Shown: positions 41,048 to 50,810, counted from the stretch's first letter. The stretch: 64,000 nt of DNA from Candidatus Onthoplasma sp. (GCA_045126575.1 JBGVOQ010000023.1:17382-81381), one strand, 5' to 3'. Notes: generated by a model not told the origin, from the letters alone. Numbers and translations: made by a program.

Positions 41048-42346
41048 TACCCTATAACTATTGAATGTGTCTATTTCATTATTATCGAACATTATGCCAA
41101 TAGTTTCGGCTGACTTTAATATTGTGTTTAATTTAACATTATCTATTGAATTCCCTCTTAGTGACACGGCTGTAAATGAATTGGAATATGCTACATTAGA
41201 GTTTAGTGCACAACTATATACTGTTTTACATATTGGCAAATCAATTTCAGTTTCCAAACCCATAACAGTCTCGGCATCATCTACAATAACCGCCACCTTG
41301 TTACCTAGTTCCACTAAACGCTTAGCATAGTTTGCTCCAAGCAATATTATATTTTGCTGATGTTTTGGTTTAGCATTTATTGGAGTGCAAAATTTAATAA
41401 CCTTATAACTATTATCAATATATGGGACTGCTGAATATTTAGGATTTAAGTATACAATATAGTCAAACATATCTTCCAACTCATTAACAATTTGAGGCAA
41501 GATTTTTTGTTTTTGACAAGTTTGGTTTAAATATAGGAACATATTGTCACCCTTATATAAATCAAACTTATTTATAACCGCTTGCATAAATTCGCCCGCA
41601 GCATGCAAACTTTCCGTTTTGGTTTGTTTTAAGTTATTAAACCATGGGCGATTGTTATCCCAATTAGCACATGAAATCTTGTTTATGGCAAATAATGAAG
41701 TAAGCACCATACACCCTTTATCTTCCTTGCACGTACAAACCAATTCATCACCATTGCGCAATCTATATTTTTGCACATAACACTGCGGAACATACACTAT
41801 TGATAGTTCTGAGTTGCAATCACAACTACGTATAAAACTAAACTCCTCCATCGTGACTTGCAAATACCCTTTAAAAGTTTTAATAACCTTACTGTATTCT
41901 GCGCCATTACTATTTGGTTCAGCTAAAATGCAATTAGCAAATATATCGCCACCACTATAAGACACCATCTCGCTATCATCAATGCTATTAATAAATTTTT
42001 GACCAACAAACTTAGATAAGTCCACGGTTTTGTGATTATCGCTATCAAGTGGCTTATAGTTGTATATGCCTAAGTCAGCGCCTGTTGCACGTCCCTTAAT
42101 AGCACCCTCAACCATTAATGAATATAAATCTCCCTTATCAACATATTCCACAATATCCACAAGGCCACTAATATTGTTAGTGTCAATATTTTTTATTATA
42201 TCAATATCTCTATCCGTAAGCTTGGTTTTAAATGAGGTGTCGCCTATTGGAAACATGTAAAAACTCAACCTAATATAATTAGGAACAGCAAGTTTATATT
42301 TTTTTAACCTTTTTAACTTACAAATTTTTAACATATACATATCCAA
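41045..42346 (-). CDS. Rho-like protein with degenerate ATPase motifs and a novel N-terminal region
   Basis: The central region aligns with the Rho RNA-binding OB fold: GYLQVTMEEFSFIRS...VYVPQCYVQKYRLRNGDELVC against G.LE....GFGFLRS...IYVS.SQIRRF.LRTGD. The C-terminal part aligns with the RecA-like domain (ANYAKRLVELGNKVAVIVDD against EKAKRLVEHKKDVIILLDS). Walker A is replaced by NQTCQKQK and Walker B by VYLNPKYS. The true start may be M31, at 42256. Confidence 0.6.
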   Translation of the reverse strand: MDMYMLKICKLKRLKKYKLAVPNYIRLSFYMFPIGDTSFKTKLTDRDIDIIKNIDTNNISGLVDIVEYVDKGDLYSLMVEGAIKGRATGADLGIYNYKPLDSDNHKTVDLSKFVGQKFINSIDDSEMVSYSGGDIFANCILAEPNSNGAEYSKVIKTFKGYLQVTMEEFSFIRSCDCNSELSIVYVPQCYVQKYRLRNGDELVCTCKEDKGCMVLTSLFAINKISCANWDNNRPWFNNLKQTKTESLHAAGEFMQAVINKFDLYKGDNMFLYLNQTCQKQKILPQIVNELEDMFDYIVYLNPKYSAVPYIDNSYKVIKFCTPINAKPKHQQNIILLGANYAKRLVELGNKVAVIVDDAETVMGLETEIDLPICKTVYSCALNSNVAYSNSFTAVSLRGNSIDNVKLNTILKSAETIGIMFDNNEIDTFNSYRV

Positions 42347-42589
42347 AATTCAACTATCTATCCAATAGTATACAACACAACGCATTAAAAGTAAATATCT
42401 TTTCGACAAATTTATACAAATTTATACATCATCACAACTAAATTAACGTATGCAATTATCACAATTTCTAACACTATATGTACCATTAAATGTTATTTCA
42501 CGTGTAGGTATTATTATATACTTAAATACCATCAACACTTAACTATCTATCAATACAAATTATCTGTGATAAAATTTACATATTGTAAA

Positions 42590-44158
42590 TTATAATAACG
42601 GTGAAAATATTTTTACTAGTATGTATACAAATTTAGAAATCAATCTACGTTTTGGCGTGTTGTTGCTGGTTTGTTCGGACTTATTCATGGTATCAATAAA
42701 GTCTTGTTTCATATCCAATACAACATTATCATTGTAAATCCAAACACCATTTTCAAAATTGTGTGCTAAACTTCGATAATCCAAATTCATTGTTCCAATA
42801 ATAGCATATTCATCATCTGCAATATACGATTTAGCATGTATAAATCCTGGAGTGTATTCATAGATTTTAACACCAGATTTAGCCAACTGTTGACAAACGC
42901 TTTTAGTCATACCAAATATTATTTTTTTGTCAGGAATGTGTGGAATTATAACCCTTACATCAACGCCTCTAATTGCCGTATTTTCAATTGCACGCATAAG
43001 TTCGTTGTCCACAATTAAATATGGTGTGGTTATATACACATACTTTTTTGCCTGATTTAGTAGGTTTAAAATTGCCATTTTAGAAACCGAAAAATCATTT
43101 AACGGCCTTGGCGCATCTCCAAATGGGATAATATAATTATCCGTTTGTGTGCTTGAAGCTGAAATATAATACTTATCAAAATCGATATTTAATTCCTTGG
43201 AGTAATTTAACGAATAGTCCATAAAGAACAACTTTGTCAGTTCATTTACAGCCTCTCCTTCAATTTGAATTCCAGTATCCTTCCAATGACCAAACCTTGC
43301 AACTTTGTTTATATATTCATCTGCAAGATTTATTCCGCCAGTGAAACCAACCTTACCGTCAATAACCAAAATCTTTCTGTGGCTACGGTTATTAAATTCG
43401 CCACTTGCCTGACCTTTAAGTTTTGAAAATATTACGGTCTGTATATTAAACTTTTTAGTTAATTTCCTATAATAATTCCCTGGCAAAGTACCCATGCAAC
43501 CAATATCATCATAAATCAATTTAACTTCAACACCGCTTTGTGCTTTTTGTTTTAAAACGTCCAATATAGAATTCCAAAACTCCCCATCTTCAATAATAAA
43601 ATATTCAAAGAAGATAAAGTTTTTAGCCTTTTTAATTTCGTTCAATATTGCCTCGTGCATTTGCTCGCCTGTGCTAAAATATTTAAGCTTGGAATTTCTA
43701 TATAAATGTGAGTCAGCGGTTTTACACAAAGATTTGGCTTGTGTCGAAATTAAACTGTTTGTCTCCATAAGTTGATTAAAATTTCCCTCATCAGAATACG
43801 AATAACTTGTTTTTACCTTTTCCAATCGCCTAATAGCCTTGGCAGGAAGTTTTCGCTTGTAGAATATTAGATAAATCATTAGTCCAACAAGCGGAATCAT
43901 TACAACAACAAACAGCCACACCAGTTTGTAGTCTGGATTGTTATTGGAAATCATTATTGATACAATCACAGCTATTTCGGTTAAAATAAGCGCAGAATAA
44001 AAATATGGTACATAAATTGCCAGCACTACAACAATGCCAATTATGGACAAAACTTCCAATATAGTTATAAGGATTGCAATAATATATCGTGTAGGGATAT
44101 AGTTGATTTCCTTATCCACCAATTTGCCTTTGTGATAAATTTTAATATTCTTTTTCAT
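42590..44158 (-). CDS. cls: Cardiolipin synthase
   Basis: Two N-terminal TM helices and two HKD motifs (SHRKILVIDGKVGFTGGINL and IHAKSYIADDEYAIIGTMNLD). Confidence 0.9.
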   Translation of the reverse strand: MKKNIKIYHKGKLVDKEINYIPTRYIIAILITILEVLSIIGIVVVLAIYVPYFYSALILTEIAVIVSIMISNNNPDYKLVWLFVVVMIPLVGLMIYLIFYKRKLPAKAIRRLEKVKTSYSYSDEGNFNQLMETNSLISTQAKSLCKTADSHLYRNSKLKYFSTGEQMHEAILNEIKKAKNFIFFEYFIIEDGEFWNSILDVLKQKAQSGVEVKLIYDDIGCMGTLPGNYYRKLTKKFNIQTVIFSKLKGQASGEFNNRSHRKILVIDGKVGFTGGINLADEYINKVARFGHWKDTGIQIEGEAVNELTKLFFMDYSLNYSKELNIDFDKYYISASSTQTDNYIIPFGDAPRPLNDFSVSKMAILNLLNQAKKYVYITTPYLIVDNELMRAIENTAIRGVDVRVIIPHIPDKKIIFGMTKSVCQQLAKSGVKIYEYTPGFIHAKSYIADDEYAIIGTMNLDYRSLAHNFENGVWIYNDNVVLDMKQDFIDTMNKSEQTSNNTPKRRLISKFVYILVKIFSPLL

Positions 44159-44178
44159 ACGTACACCTCTATCAAAAT

Positions 44179-45075
44179 TTAACCTTCTTTATCTTTTGCA
44201 TTTTTTAAAGCATTTAATCTCTTGTTCGATTTAATAACCATTAATACACCTAGCACTAGTATAATTGCACTAACACCTGCTCCAGTCAAAGCATTTGCAA
44301 ACCCTAAGTTATGCTCGGGCGAAAAAGCCTGAAACATTGCAACTTGTAACATTATGAATGAAATTAATGCACTTGCTAAATTTATGTTTCGTATATTTTC
44401 GATATACAAATCATCTTGTTTTCTTGCCTTAAAAATGTTAAATATTGCTAACGTTAATTTGTAAAATGTAAATGCTGCAACTGCATAAATTAAAATACCC
44501 GCATATTCAAAATAATGATTTGCTTTATAAATCAAAACAATAACTCCGGAAAATACGATTGTCATAATAACAAACATAATACCGCTAAATCTTAATGCTC
44601 TTGCCTGCTTTACTTCGGAGCCATATTTACGTTTTGAATAAAACACATTACCCTTCATAAATGCAAGAACCATATAGTAGGCTGTGATTGTAAAGTACCA
44701 CGCCGTTTTACTCATTATAGCCATAACTAAAATCAATGAAATATATGCCATGTTTATAATAAACGAAATCACGGCAAAAACAACCGTTCTGTAGCCATAA
44801 TCCTCAAGCACCTTATTGGTAAATTTATGGCTTTGTAAAAATCTAATTGTATTATTCTTTATTTTAGGAGCAAATATCACCATTGTATACACAAAGTACG
44901 TAAGCGCCAATGCTGCTAAAACATATAATAAATAATGTAATAATGTTTGCTTTGGGACAAGGATAACCAAAACTAAAGTACCGGCCGTTATTAGCGCAAA
45001 AAATACATAGAATAATGCAAGCCATATTCCATGTGGCGTTTTAATTTTGCTCCAAATGTTTTTAAAAAAATTCAT
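44179..45075 (-). CDS. Polytopic membrane protein, unknown function
   Basis: About 7-8 hydrophobic segments over 298 aa, with no recognisable motif. Confidence 0.6.
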   Translation of the reverse strand: MNFFKNIWSKIKTPHGIWLALFYVFFALITAGTLVLVILVPKQTLLHYLLYVLAALALTYFVYTMVIFAPKIKNNTIRFLQSHKFTNKVLEDYGYRTVVFAVISFIINMAYISLILVMAIMSKTAWYFTITAYYMVLAFMKGNVFYSKRKYGSEVKQARALRFSGIMFVIMTIVFSGVIVLIYKANHYFEYAGILIYAVAAFTFYKLTLAIFNIFKARKQDDLYIENIRNINLASALISFIMLQVAMFQAFSPEHNLGFANALTGAGVSAIILVLGVLMVIKSNKRLNALKNAKDKEG

Positions 45076-45281
45076 ACCACCACCTTTATACTATTATAAC
45101 ATATAATTATTATAAACTTATCATCAAATCTCAATTATTTTAATTATAAAACACATATTCATCAAAAAGTTCAATTATTTTAATTATAAGATATACATTC
45201 ATCAAGATGCTCAACACAAAAGCACAAACACATCTATTTAAACAATATAATAAAGCCCAGCCTATTGGCTGAGCCTATCAT

Positions 45282-45313
45282 TTGGTGGAGCAAGCATCCT
45301 CTATGTCGAAATT
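45282..45313. repeat. 32-bp direct repeat, copy 1 (TTGGTGGAGCAAGCATCCTCTATGTCGAAATT)
   Basis: Identical to copy 2 at 31 of 32 positions. The 16 nt at 45275-45290 (CTATCATTTGGTGGAG) match the tmRNA 3' end/flank junction at 55445-55460 in 15 of 16 positions. Confidence 0.8.
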
Positions 45314-45383
45314 TTTATAAATTCATCAAATATTGTTGACATTGTTTTTTTTATACTATATACTCACAATAAGGAGGGTTAAT

Positions 45384-45695
45384 ATGAAATCAGAGTTTAC
45401 AGGCGGACTGCTTGGTCTAATAGGTATTAATATTTTATCTTTTATTATAATTATTTTTACTTTAGGACTAGGTATTCCTTGGACAACATGTATATCGCAA
45501 AGATGGTATGCAAAACACACAATTATTGATGGCCAACAACTATATTTTGATGGAAAGGCTGTTCAACTTTTTGGTAATTATATTAAATGGCTTTTGCTTA
45601 CAATAATAACCTTAGGCATATATTCATTCTGGTTAGGAATAAAAATGCATAAATGGGTTGTTCTACACACTCATCATTCATCAAATGTTGCATAA
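45384..45695 (+). CDS. Small membrane protein, DUF898/YjgN-like
   Basis: The start MKSEFTGG has an AAGGAGG RBS. There are two TM hairpins around DGQQLYFDGKAVQLFGNYIKWLLLTIITLGIYSFW. It is flanked by the 32-bp repeats. Confidence 0.55.
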   Translation: MKSEFTGGLLGLIGINILSFIIIIFTLGLGIPWTTCISQRWYAKHTIIDGQQLYFDGKAVQLFGNYIKWLLLTIITLGIYSFWLGIKMHKWVVLHTHHSSNVA

Positions 45696-45757
45696 ATATA
45701 AAAAGAACACTTAATAGTGTTCTTTTTTCTAAATCGTGGGTGCGATTTAGCTTTGGA

Positions 45758-45789
45758 TTGGTGGAGCAAGCATCGTCTATGTCGAAATT
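45758..45789. repeat. 32-bp direct repeat, copy 2 (TTGGTGGAGCAAGCATCGTCTATGTCGAAATT)
   Basis: See copy 1. Its upstream flank TTAGCT-5 nt-TTGGTGGAG also mirrors the tmRNA flank TTAGCTATCAGTTGGTGGAG. Confidence 0.8.
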
Positions 45790-45791
45790 CC

Positions 45792-46586
45792 TTACGATAT
45801 AAATTGTTGCTTAAAGCAATTAAAATCCTTTAACAATCTTTCATCAAGATATTGCAATGCTTGTGTTTTTATTCCTTCTGGAATTCCATAATATGCTTCT
45901 GCAATAGCACCAATTATGGCACATAATGTATCAGAATCACCACCAATAGATATTCCCGTTCTTATAGCATCTTCAAAATCATTACTTATCAAAAAACAAT
46001 AAATTGCTTGTGGTACTGTTTCTTGACAGGTTTCATTAAACCTATAATTTTCTTTTAAATCATTATAGTCGTAATCCAAACTATAATAATTGTTCTCTAT
46101 ATAATCTTTAATTTCTTCTTTACTATATTTATGTAATGCCAGCCATATTGCAATAGCAGTTGATTCTGCACCTTTTATCCCTTCTGGATGATTGTGAGAT
46201 ACACTTGTTACTTTATATACTAATTCTTTTAATTCATCAATAGAATGTGAATAATACGCAACAGGACTAACACTCATTGCCGAACCATTACCATAAGAAT
46301 TATAGGGTTTTGGATTTTTAGTAATCAACCAAGTCCCAAAAGAATTGCCATAACTCATATTAGGATATATCTTTCCATACTCTTGCTTAAATTTAATTAT
46401 ATAATCAGATAATTTTTTATATTTGCCCTTACATTTTTCCAATGCTCTAAATGTAGCAAAAGTCATCACACTATCATCTGTAAAAAAACATCTTGGATAT
46501 GTTGAAAAGAATGGGAAATCTTTTGTTCTTATATTATCAAATTCGTATATTGAACCAACAATATCCCCAATAACAGCACCTAACAT
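45792..46586 (-). CDS. ADP-ribosylglycohydrolase family protein
   Basis: N-terminal MLGAVIGDIVGSIYEF, FTDDSVMT, and C-terminal GGDSDTLCAIIGAIAEAYYG are ARH hallmark blocks. Confidence 0.85.
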   Translation of the reverse strand: MLGAVIGDIVGSIYEFDNIRTKDFPFFSTYPRCFFTDDSVMTFATFRALEKCKGKYKKLSDYIIKFKQEYGKIYPNMSYGNSFGTWLITKNPKPYNSYGNGSAMSVSPVAYYSHSIDELKELVYKVTSVSHNHPEGIKGAESTAIAIWLALHKYSKEEIKDYIENNYYSLDYDYNDLKENYRFNETCQETVPQAIYCFLISNDFEDAIRTGISIGGDSDTLCAIIGAIAEAYYGIPEGIKTQALQYLDERLLKDFNCFKQQFIS

Positions 46587-46930
46587 AACTCTAAATACCT
46601 TTTAATTACACTTTCAAGTGTTCCATCATCTATACACCTTGCTATTAAACCATCACAAAAGCGTTCGCCTCTAAAAATTCTTGTTGTATATGTCTTTAAT
46701 TCATCTTTTGTTAAATCTTTTATATTCTTATTTTGTATTAGTTTAAAGTTTTCAAGATAATTATAATCTTCTCCTATAATTTTATGACATTCCATTATCT
46801 TACTATCATAATCATACCAACCAATACTATTACTCTCTTGCGAAGGAATATATTTATATGCCTTTTTGCTTTGTATAATTGATAATATCTCTATTAATTT
46901 ATCCTTATTTGATATTTGAATTTCTTTCAC
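46580..46930 (-). CDS. Small protein, possibly DUF6508-like (ARH/macro-associated)
   Basis: It overlaps the ARH start by 7 nt. The C-terminal RFCDGLIARCIDDGTLESVIKRYLEL recalls DUF6508. The assignment is from memory only. Confidence 0.45.
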   Translation of the reverse strand: MKEIQISNKDKLIEILSIIQSKKAYKYIPSQESNSIGWYDYDSKIMECHKIIGEDYNYLENFKLIQNKNIKDLTKDELKTYTTRIFRGERFCDGLIARCIDDGTLESVIKRYLELC

Positions 46931-46950
46931 AAATTCCTCCTATTACGCTG

Positions 46951-48399
46951 TTAGACATTAAGTGATTGCTCTCTATCATAAGCCTCTTGTATAAAAATAT
47001 TATTAGTTTCATTAGTAATATTTCTATGTTCCATACAATAATCCACTGACGCTGTAAATCGTTCTCTCACTTTTTCTTCTGCTTGTTCCTTTGTCAATCC
47101 TCTAGCCATATATACATTTTTTAATGCTTGACCAAAACTCTTCTTTGATATATGGGTTGGATTTAATCTTAAATCAGCCCATTCAACCATTTCATCATTA
47201 AATTCTAAATTTGTTTCAGTCCAATGCAAGTTCATTTCAACTGTTTGAGGCATTTGCTCAATCAATTGTTCATCAGAGTAGTTTTTTAGTACATGAATAA
47301 TTTGTTCTTTGTTTAATTTTAGTATGTCTACAACATCTTTTGCATTACTATTACTAGAATTATTTGCTATATCTAATAATAAATATCTTTGAACTAAAGG
47401 TAATATCTTAGACTCCATCCTTAATGGTTTTAAACTTTCCTTTTCATTCTCAACCTCAAGTTCTTGGCGAAGTTTTAATATTTTTTTAGTAACCTTTTTC
47501 GTAACAAATTCATTCCTAGATGCTATTCGTTGTTTTTTTTCTTCTCCTATCAGTCTAGGCAAATTAGATGTTTGTTTTGACTTTTGTATAATCATGCTAA
47601 TGACGGAACTTGGATCTACGCTTGCTGTTTTACCAAATATTTTCCCAACATCCTCAAATTCAATAAAAGCATTATGATAAGTAGATTCTTCCTGTTCAGT
47701 TGATTTTGCATCCCAACAAGGATCAGAATAAAATATTCCATCAATACCATATAATTCATCGTGAATTTCAACATTACAGTTCTGATGATTATCGCTTAAA
47801 TTATTTTCACCTTTATCATTTGTAATACAGTGCTGTGCTTCACATTTTATACCAACTCTTTTACATATTTCAGATAGTAAATTTGCATAACCGACACAAA
47901 CAATATTATTAGAGTTTAACACTCCTATTAATTCTCTTGAAAAACCCTTATCAAGCCCATCTTCAACCTCATGAAAAACATAACTTGTTACAATTTGATA
48001 GGCATATAAATATTTTTCAAAAGGACTTAATTCTCTACCATTTACTTGTGCATTATTTATTTCTTGAGTCCAATTCTCTAATTGATTACTTGCATTTATA
48101 GCTTTATCTACACTCCATAGGTCAGCACTTCTAGCTCCATCATCAAATAAGGTTTGAGCCCCATATTTACTTTTGATATGATCGTTGCCTTGTTGTAGCT
48201 TAATACTATTCTGTTGAGTTAATTCAAAATCAGTGGTATTAATAAGAATTGTTGTGTTAGGATGTAGATTATAAATTTTATCTAAAATATCTATATTGTA
48301 ATTGTCAAATGTTATTGATAAATTAATATGTTCATCCGCAGAAGCCTGTTTTAATTGTTCCCAAGTATCATCCATTACTTTGTAGCATTTTATATCCAT
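46951..48399 (-). CDS. Transglutaminase-like cysteine-protease-fold protein with long helical C-terminal extension
   Basis: Core Cys in IVCVGYANLLSEICKRVGIKC, His in NHQNCNVEIH and Asp in FYSDPCWD, in the C-H-D order and spacing typical of the transglutaminase-like superfamily. Confidence 0.55.
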   Translation of the reverse strand: MDIKCYKVMDDTWEQLKQASADEHINLSITFDNYNIDILDKIYNLHPNTTILINTTDFELTQQNSIKLQQGNDHIKSKYGAQTLFDDGARSADLWSVDKAINASNQLENWTQEINNAQVNGRELSPFEKYLYAYQIVTSYVFHEVEDGLDKGFSRELIGVLNSNNIVCVGYANLLSEICKRVGIKCEAQHCITNDKGENNLSDNHQNCNVEIHDELYGIDGIFYSDPCWDAKSTEQEESTYHNAFIEFEDVGKIFGKTASVDPSSVISMIIQKSKQTSNLPRLIGEEKKQRIASRNEFVTKKVTKKILKLRQELEVENEKESLKPLRMESKILPLVQRYLLLDIANNSSNSNAKDVVDILKLNKEQIIHVLKNYSDEQLIEQMPQTVEMNLHWTETNLEFNDEMVEWADLRLNPTHISKKSFGQALKNVYMARGLTKEQAEEKVRERFTASVDYCMEHRNITNETNNIFIQEAYDREQSLNV

Positions 48400-48442
48400 T
48401 TTAAGCTATTTCCTTTGTAATAATATTTTAATTAAACCATTT

Positions 48443-48916
48443 TTAAAATGTAGGCAATCCATCATCTTTATCTTCATAAGAAATCCAAAGTGAATGTCTA
48501 TCTGAATAGTATCTTAATAATTGTTTGTGTAGTTTTCTAATGTACCAAATTATAGGGTAGATTTCTGAACCATCAATTTCTTGATTTTCATTAATAGTTC
48601 CAATGCCATCATAGAAATCAACAATATCACAACTTGCTTTTAATAAGAGTTTATCAAACTTATCACTTGAAATATCCTCAACACCGTCAAATTTTGACAA
48701 GTTATTATACAACCTCGCCAACGCCTTCTCTTGATATTCACTTATTTGTTTAAGATTAGGTAAATTTGCATTATTTACATAATTCATAAAACACTCCATA
48801 TGAGCCCATACAGTTTCAATTTTATAATGTGGATGTATGTTTGGTCCAACATACAAGTCCAAAGGACATCTATTTAACAATTCAATTATTTTTTTACGAC
48901 TTATTTTCTTTTCCAT
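48443..48916 (-). CDS. Hypothetical protein (157 aa)
   Basis: ORF with an RBS, in an operon context. No recognisable motif. Confidence 0.5.
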   Translation of the reverse strand: MEKKISRKKIIELLNRCPLDLYVGPNIHPHYKIETVWAHMECFMNYVNNANLPNLKQISEYQEKALARLYNNLSKFDGVEDISSDKFDKLLLKASCDIVDFYDGIGTINENQEIDGSEIYPIIWYIRKLHKQLLRYYSDRHSLWISYEDKDDGLPTF

Positions 48917-48936
48917 GTTATTTCCCTCAATATATA

Positions 48937-49827
48937 CTATATCAAATTTAATCGTTCATAAAACTCTCTAACTTTTCTTGTAATTTGGTTGGCTTCTATT
49001 TGTGTAGGTGCAAATATTTCTTTGTGTTGTAAAAACTCAACCTTTATGTTATCTGATTTAACAGGTGTGTAAATTGACACCATTCGTTCTAACAATTCAA
49101 TGGTATTTATCATTACTTTCCTTAACATTGGATGTAATTTAGCAAATGTATTCACTGCCATCATTATTATAGGATATATTTCTATTTTCTTAAACATCTC
49201 CTTAGGAATTAGCAAAATAATATTAGGACCAAAATTTCTTACATAAAATTCAATATTATTCATATCTTGAAGTTCTGGAGCTTGAATATCATTATCAGCA
49301 CCTTCGTTGCTGATGGTAAATTTTAATTCTTTTCCATCAGAATTAATTATTTTTCTTTCTTTTATTTTGTATCCATTTCCCAACGGATAATGATTAACCG
49401 CACAATATATACCAAAATCATCTTTTTTAGAGAGTCTATTAATTCGAGTATATCCATTGCTTATTAGATTTCCTTTATTATCAACAAGATATTCTAGGTC
49501 TGTTCCTTTAAGTTTTGCAATACATCTATTAAACATATTAAACCCACCAGAATATCCAAATATTAAATTAGGAAACTCTGTTATTTTACCTTGATTATTA
49601 ACGATAGCCGAATATGTGATATCCATAAATAAATCTTCATTATAAACAACATGATTTCCACTATCAGATAAAATTATTTCATCATATAAATGTTCTGTGA
49701 TAAACTCGCTCGTTTCTTTATTAAATATTGCAGATTTCCTATTTTTCTTAACAACAATTAAATCTTCTGCTCTCATTTCATATCCATCATCTATAATGTT
49801 CTTTTCCTTATCAATAGATTTATCCAT
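48937..49827 (-). CDS. Hypothetical protein with WG-repeat-like N-terminal half
   Basis: It has repeated segments of the type ..N..G..I...YD.I (AIFNKETSEFITEHLYDEI; VDNKGNLISNGYTRINRL). It is the first gene of a minus-strand operon. Confidence 0.45.
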   Translation of the reverse strand: MDKSIDKEKNIIDDGYEMRAEDLIVVKKNRKSAIFNKETSEFITEHLYDEIILSDSGNHVVYNEDLFMDITYSAIVNNQGKITEFPNLIFGYSGGFNMFNRCIAKLKGTDLEYLVDNKGNLISNGYTRINRLSKKDDFGIYCAVNHYPLGNGYKIKERKIINSDGKELKFTISNEGADNDIQAPELQDMNNIEFYVRNFGPNIILLIPKEMFKKIEIYPIIMMAVNTFAKLHPMLRKVMINTIELLERMVSIYTPVKSDNIKVEFLQHKEIFAPTQIEANQITRKVREFYERLNLI

Positions 49828-49975
49828 AATCTTCTCCTTTACTTATCTTATTTCTGGTTTATAATTTCAGTATAACATACTTTTTTATGTTTTGTATCAT
49901 TATTTCTTTAATTAATTGACTTTTTAAAAAGATTTTATTATGATATGATTATATAATATAAAGGAGGAAATTAAT

Positions 49976-50692
49976 ATGCAACAAATGGCTTTTCAACTAT
50001 TAAGAGAAAAAGGTCGTTTTAATTTTAAAGATTTATTTTCAATTTGTTTAGGTAAAGTATTTTCCAACAAAATTGAATTAGATGAATATATTGGACATTA
50101 TAGCAGATGGGATACTGATGTAACCAAAGGAGAATTATTATGTGATAATAAAAAATTTAATGTTCAATATATCGGAACATCATCAAAACAAGATAATATG
50201 TGGTTTTCAGCAGAACTAGAAAAACAAATTCCTGATAAATATGTAAATTTAACAATACAAGTTCGGAACTTATTGCAATCTTTAAATCTAACCAATCTAG
50301 CACAACCTAAAATTCCGCTTAACAATATCATTACAGATGAAAAGTTGGCAATAATATATACAGCTTTCTTAACTGATGAAAAAACAACATATTATATTGG
50401 CAATTCAGGAGATATTAAAATATTTATGTTTGTTAAGGATTTTGATGGCGAAAATGTAATTTCAACACTAACTCAACCAATCGGTTCACATAAATTCATA
50501 CCTAGAGTACAAGAAATGTTATCGACTTATGATGTGGACCATAAACTTTGCATCAAATCATTCCTAATTCACAATCGTTGTAGATATCAAGAATTACCTA
50601 ATAAGATTATTGGAACTTTCGGTGATAAATCCATAAGTTTTGAATTTGATAACAATGGATATCTAACTAGTATGTCTGGTGTGCTTAACTAA
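49976..50692 (+). CDS. Hypothetical protein (possibly DUF6882-like)
   Basis: Strong AAGGAGG RBS. WDTDVTKGELLCDNKKFNVQYIGTSSKQDNMWF recalls DUF6882. Memory only. Confidence 0.5.
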   Translation: MQQMAFQLLREKGRFNFKDLFSICLGKVFSNKIELDEYIGHYSRWDTDVTKGELLCDNKKFNVQYIGTSSKQDNMWFSAELEKQIPDKYVNLTIQVRNLLQSLNLTNLAQPKIPLNNIITDEKLAIIYTAFLTDEKTTYYIGNSGDIKIFMFVKDFDGENVISTLTQPIGSHKFIPRVQEMLSTYDVDHKLCIKSFLIHNRCRYQELPNKIIGTFGDKSISFEFDNNGYLTSMSGVLN

Positions 50693-50701
50693 AAAAAATA
50701 A

Positions 50702-50735
50702 ATTCCCACTATGTAAGTGGGGATTTTTATTTTTT
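50702..50735 (+). terminator. Rho-independent terminator
   Basis: Stem ATTCCCACT pairs with AGTGGGGAT (one G-U pair), the loop is ATGTA, and TTTTATTTTTT follows. Confidence 0.6.
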
Positions 50736-50755
50736 AATTAAATTTGGCACTAAAA

Positions 50756-50810
50756 CGTGTGCTTGTCTTGATACAAGTGGCGTCGCTTCGCTCCGCCAGA
50801 CAAGCACACG
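50756..50810 (+). promoter_or_regulatory. Candidate double-strand origin hairpin with pC194/phiX174-type nick motif
   Basis: Perfect 13-bp stem CGTGTGCTTGTCT (50756-50768) pairs with AGACAAGCACACG (50798-50810). CTTGATA lies at 50767-50773, at the stem-loop junction. The GC-rich loop forms a secondary stem (GGCGTCGC/GCTCCGCC). Confidence 0.5.

Noticed and set aside
45282-45789. Idea that the 32-bp repeats are miniature tRNA/tmRNA-like genes (they end in CTCCACCA on the minus strand and contain TTCGAC)
   Set aside because: No acceptor or T-arm pairing can be drawn. The shared 9-mer ATGTCGAAA with the tmRNA 5' region is within chance expectation for a 64-kb AT-rich window. Only the 3'-junction similarity is statistically meaningful.
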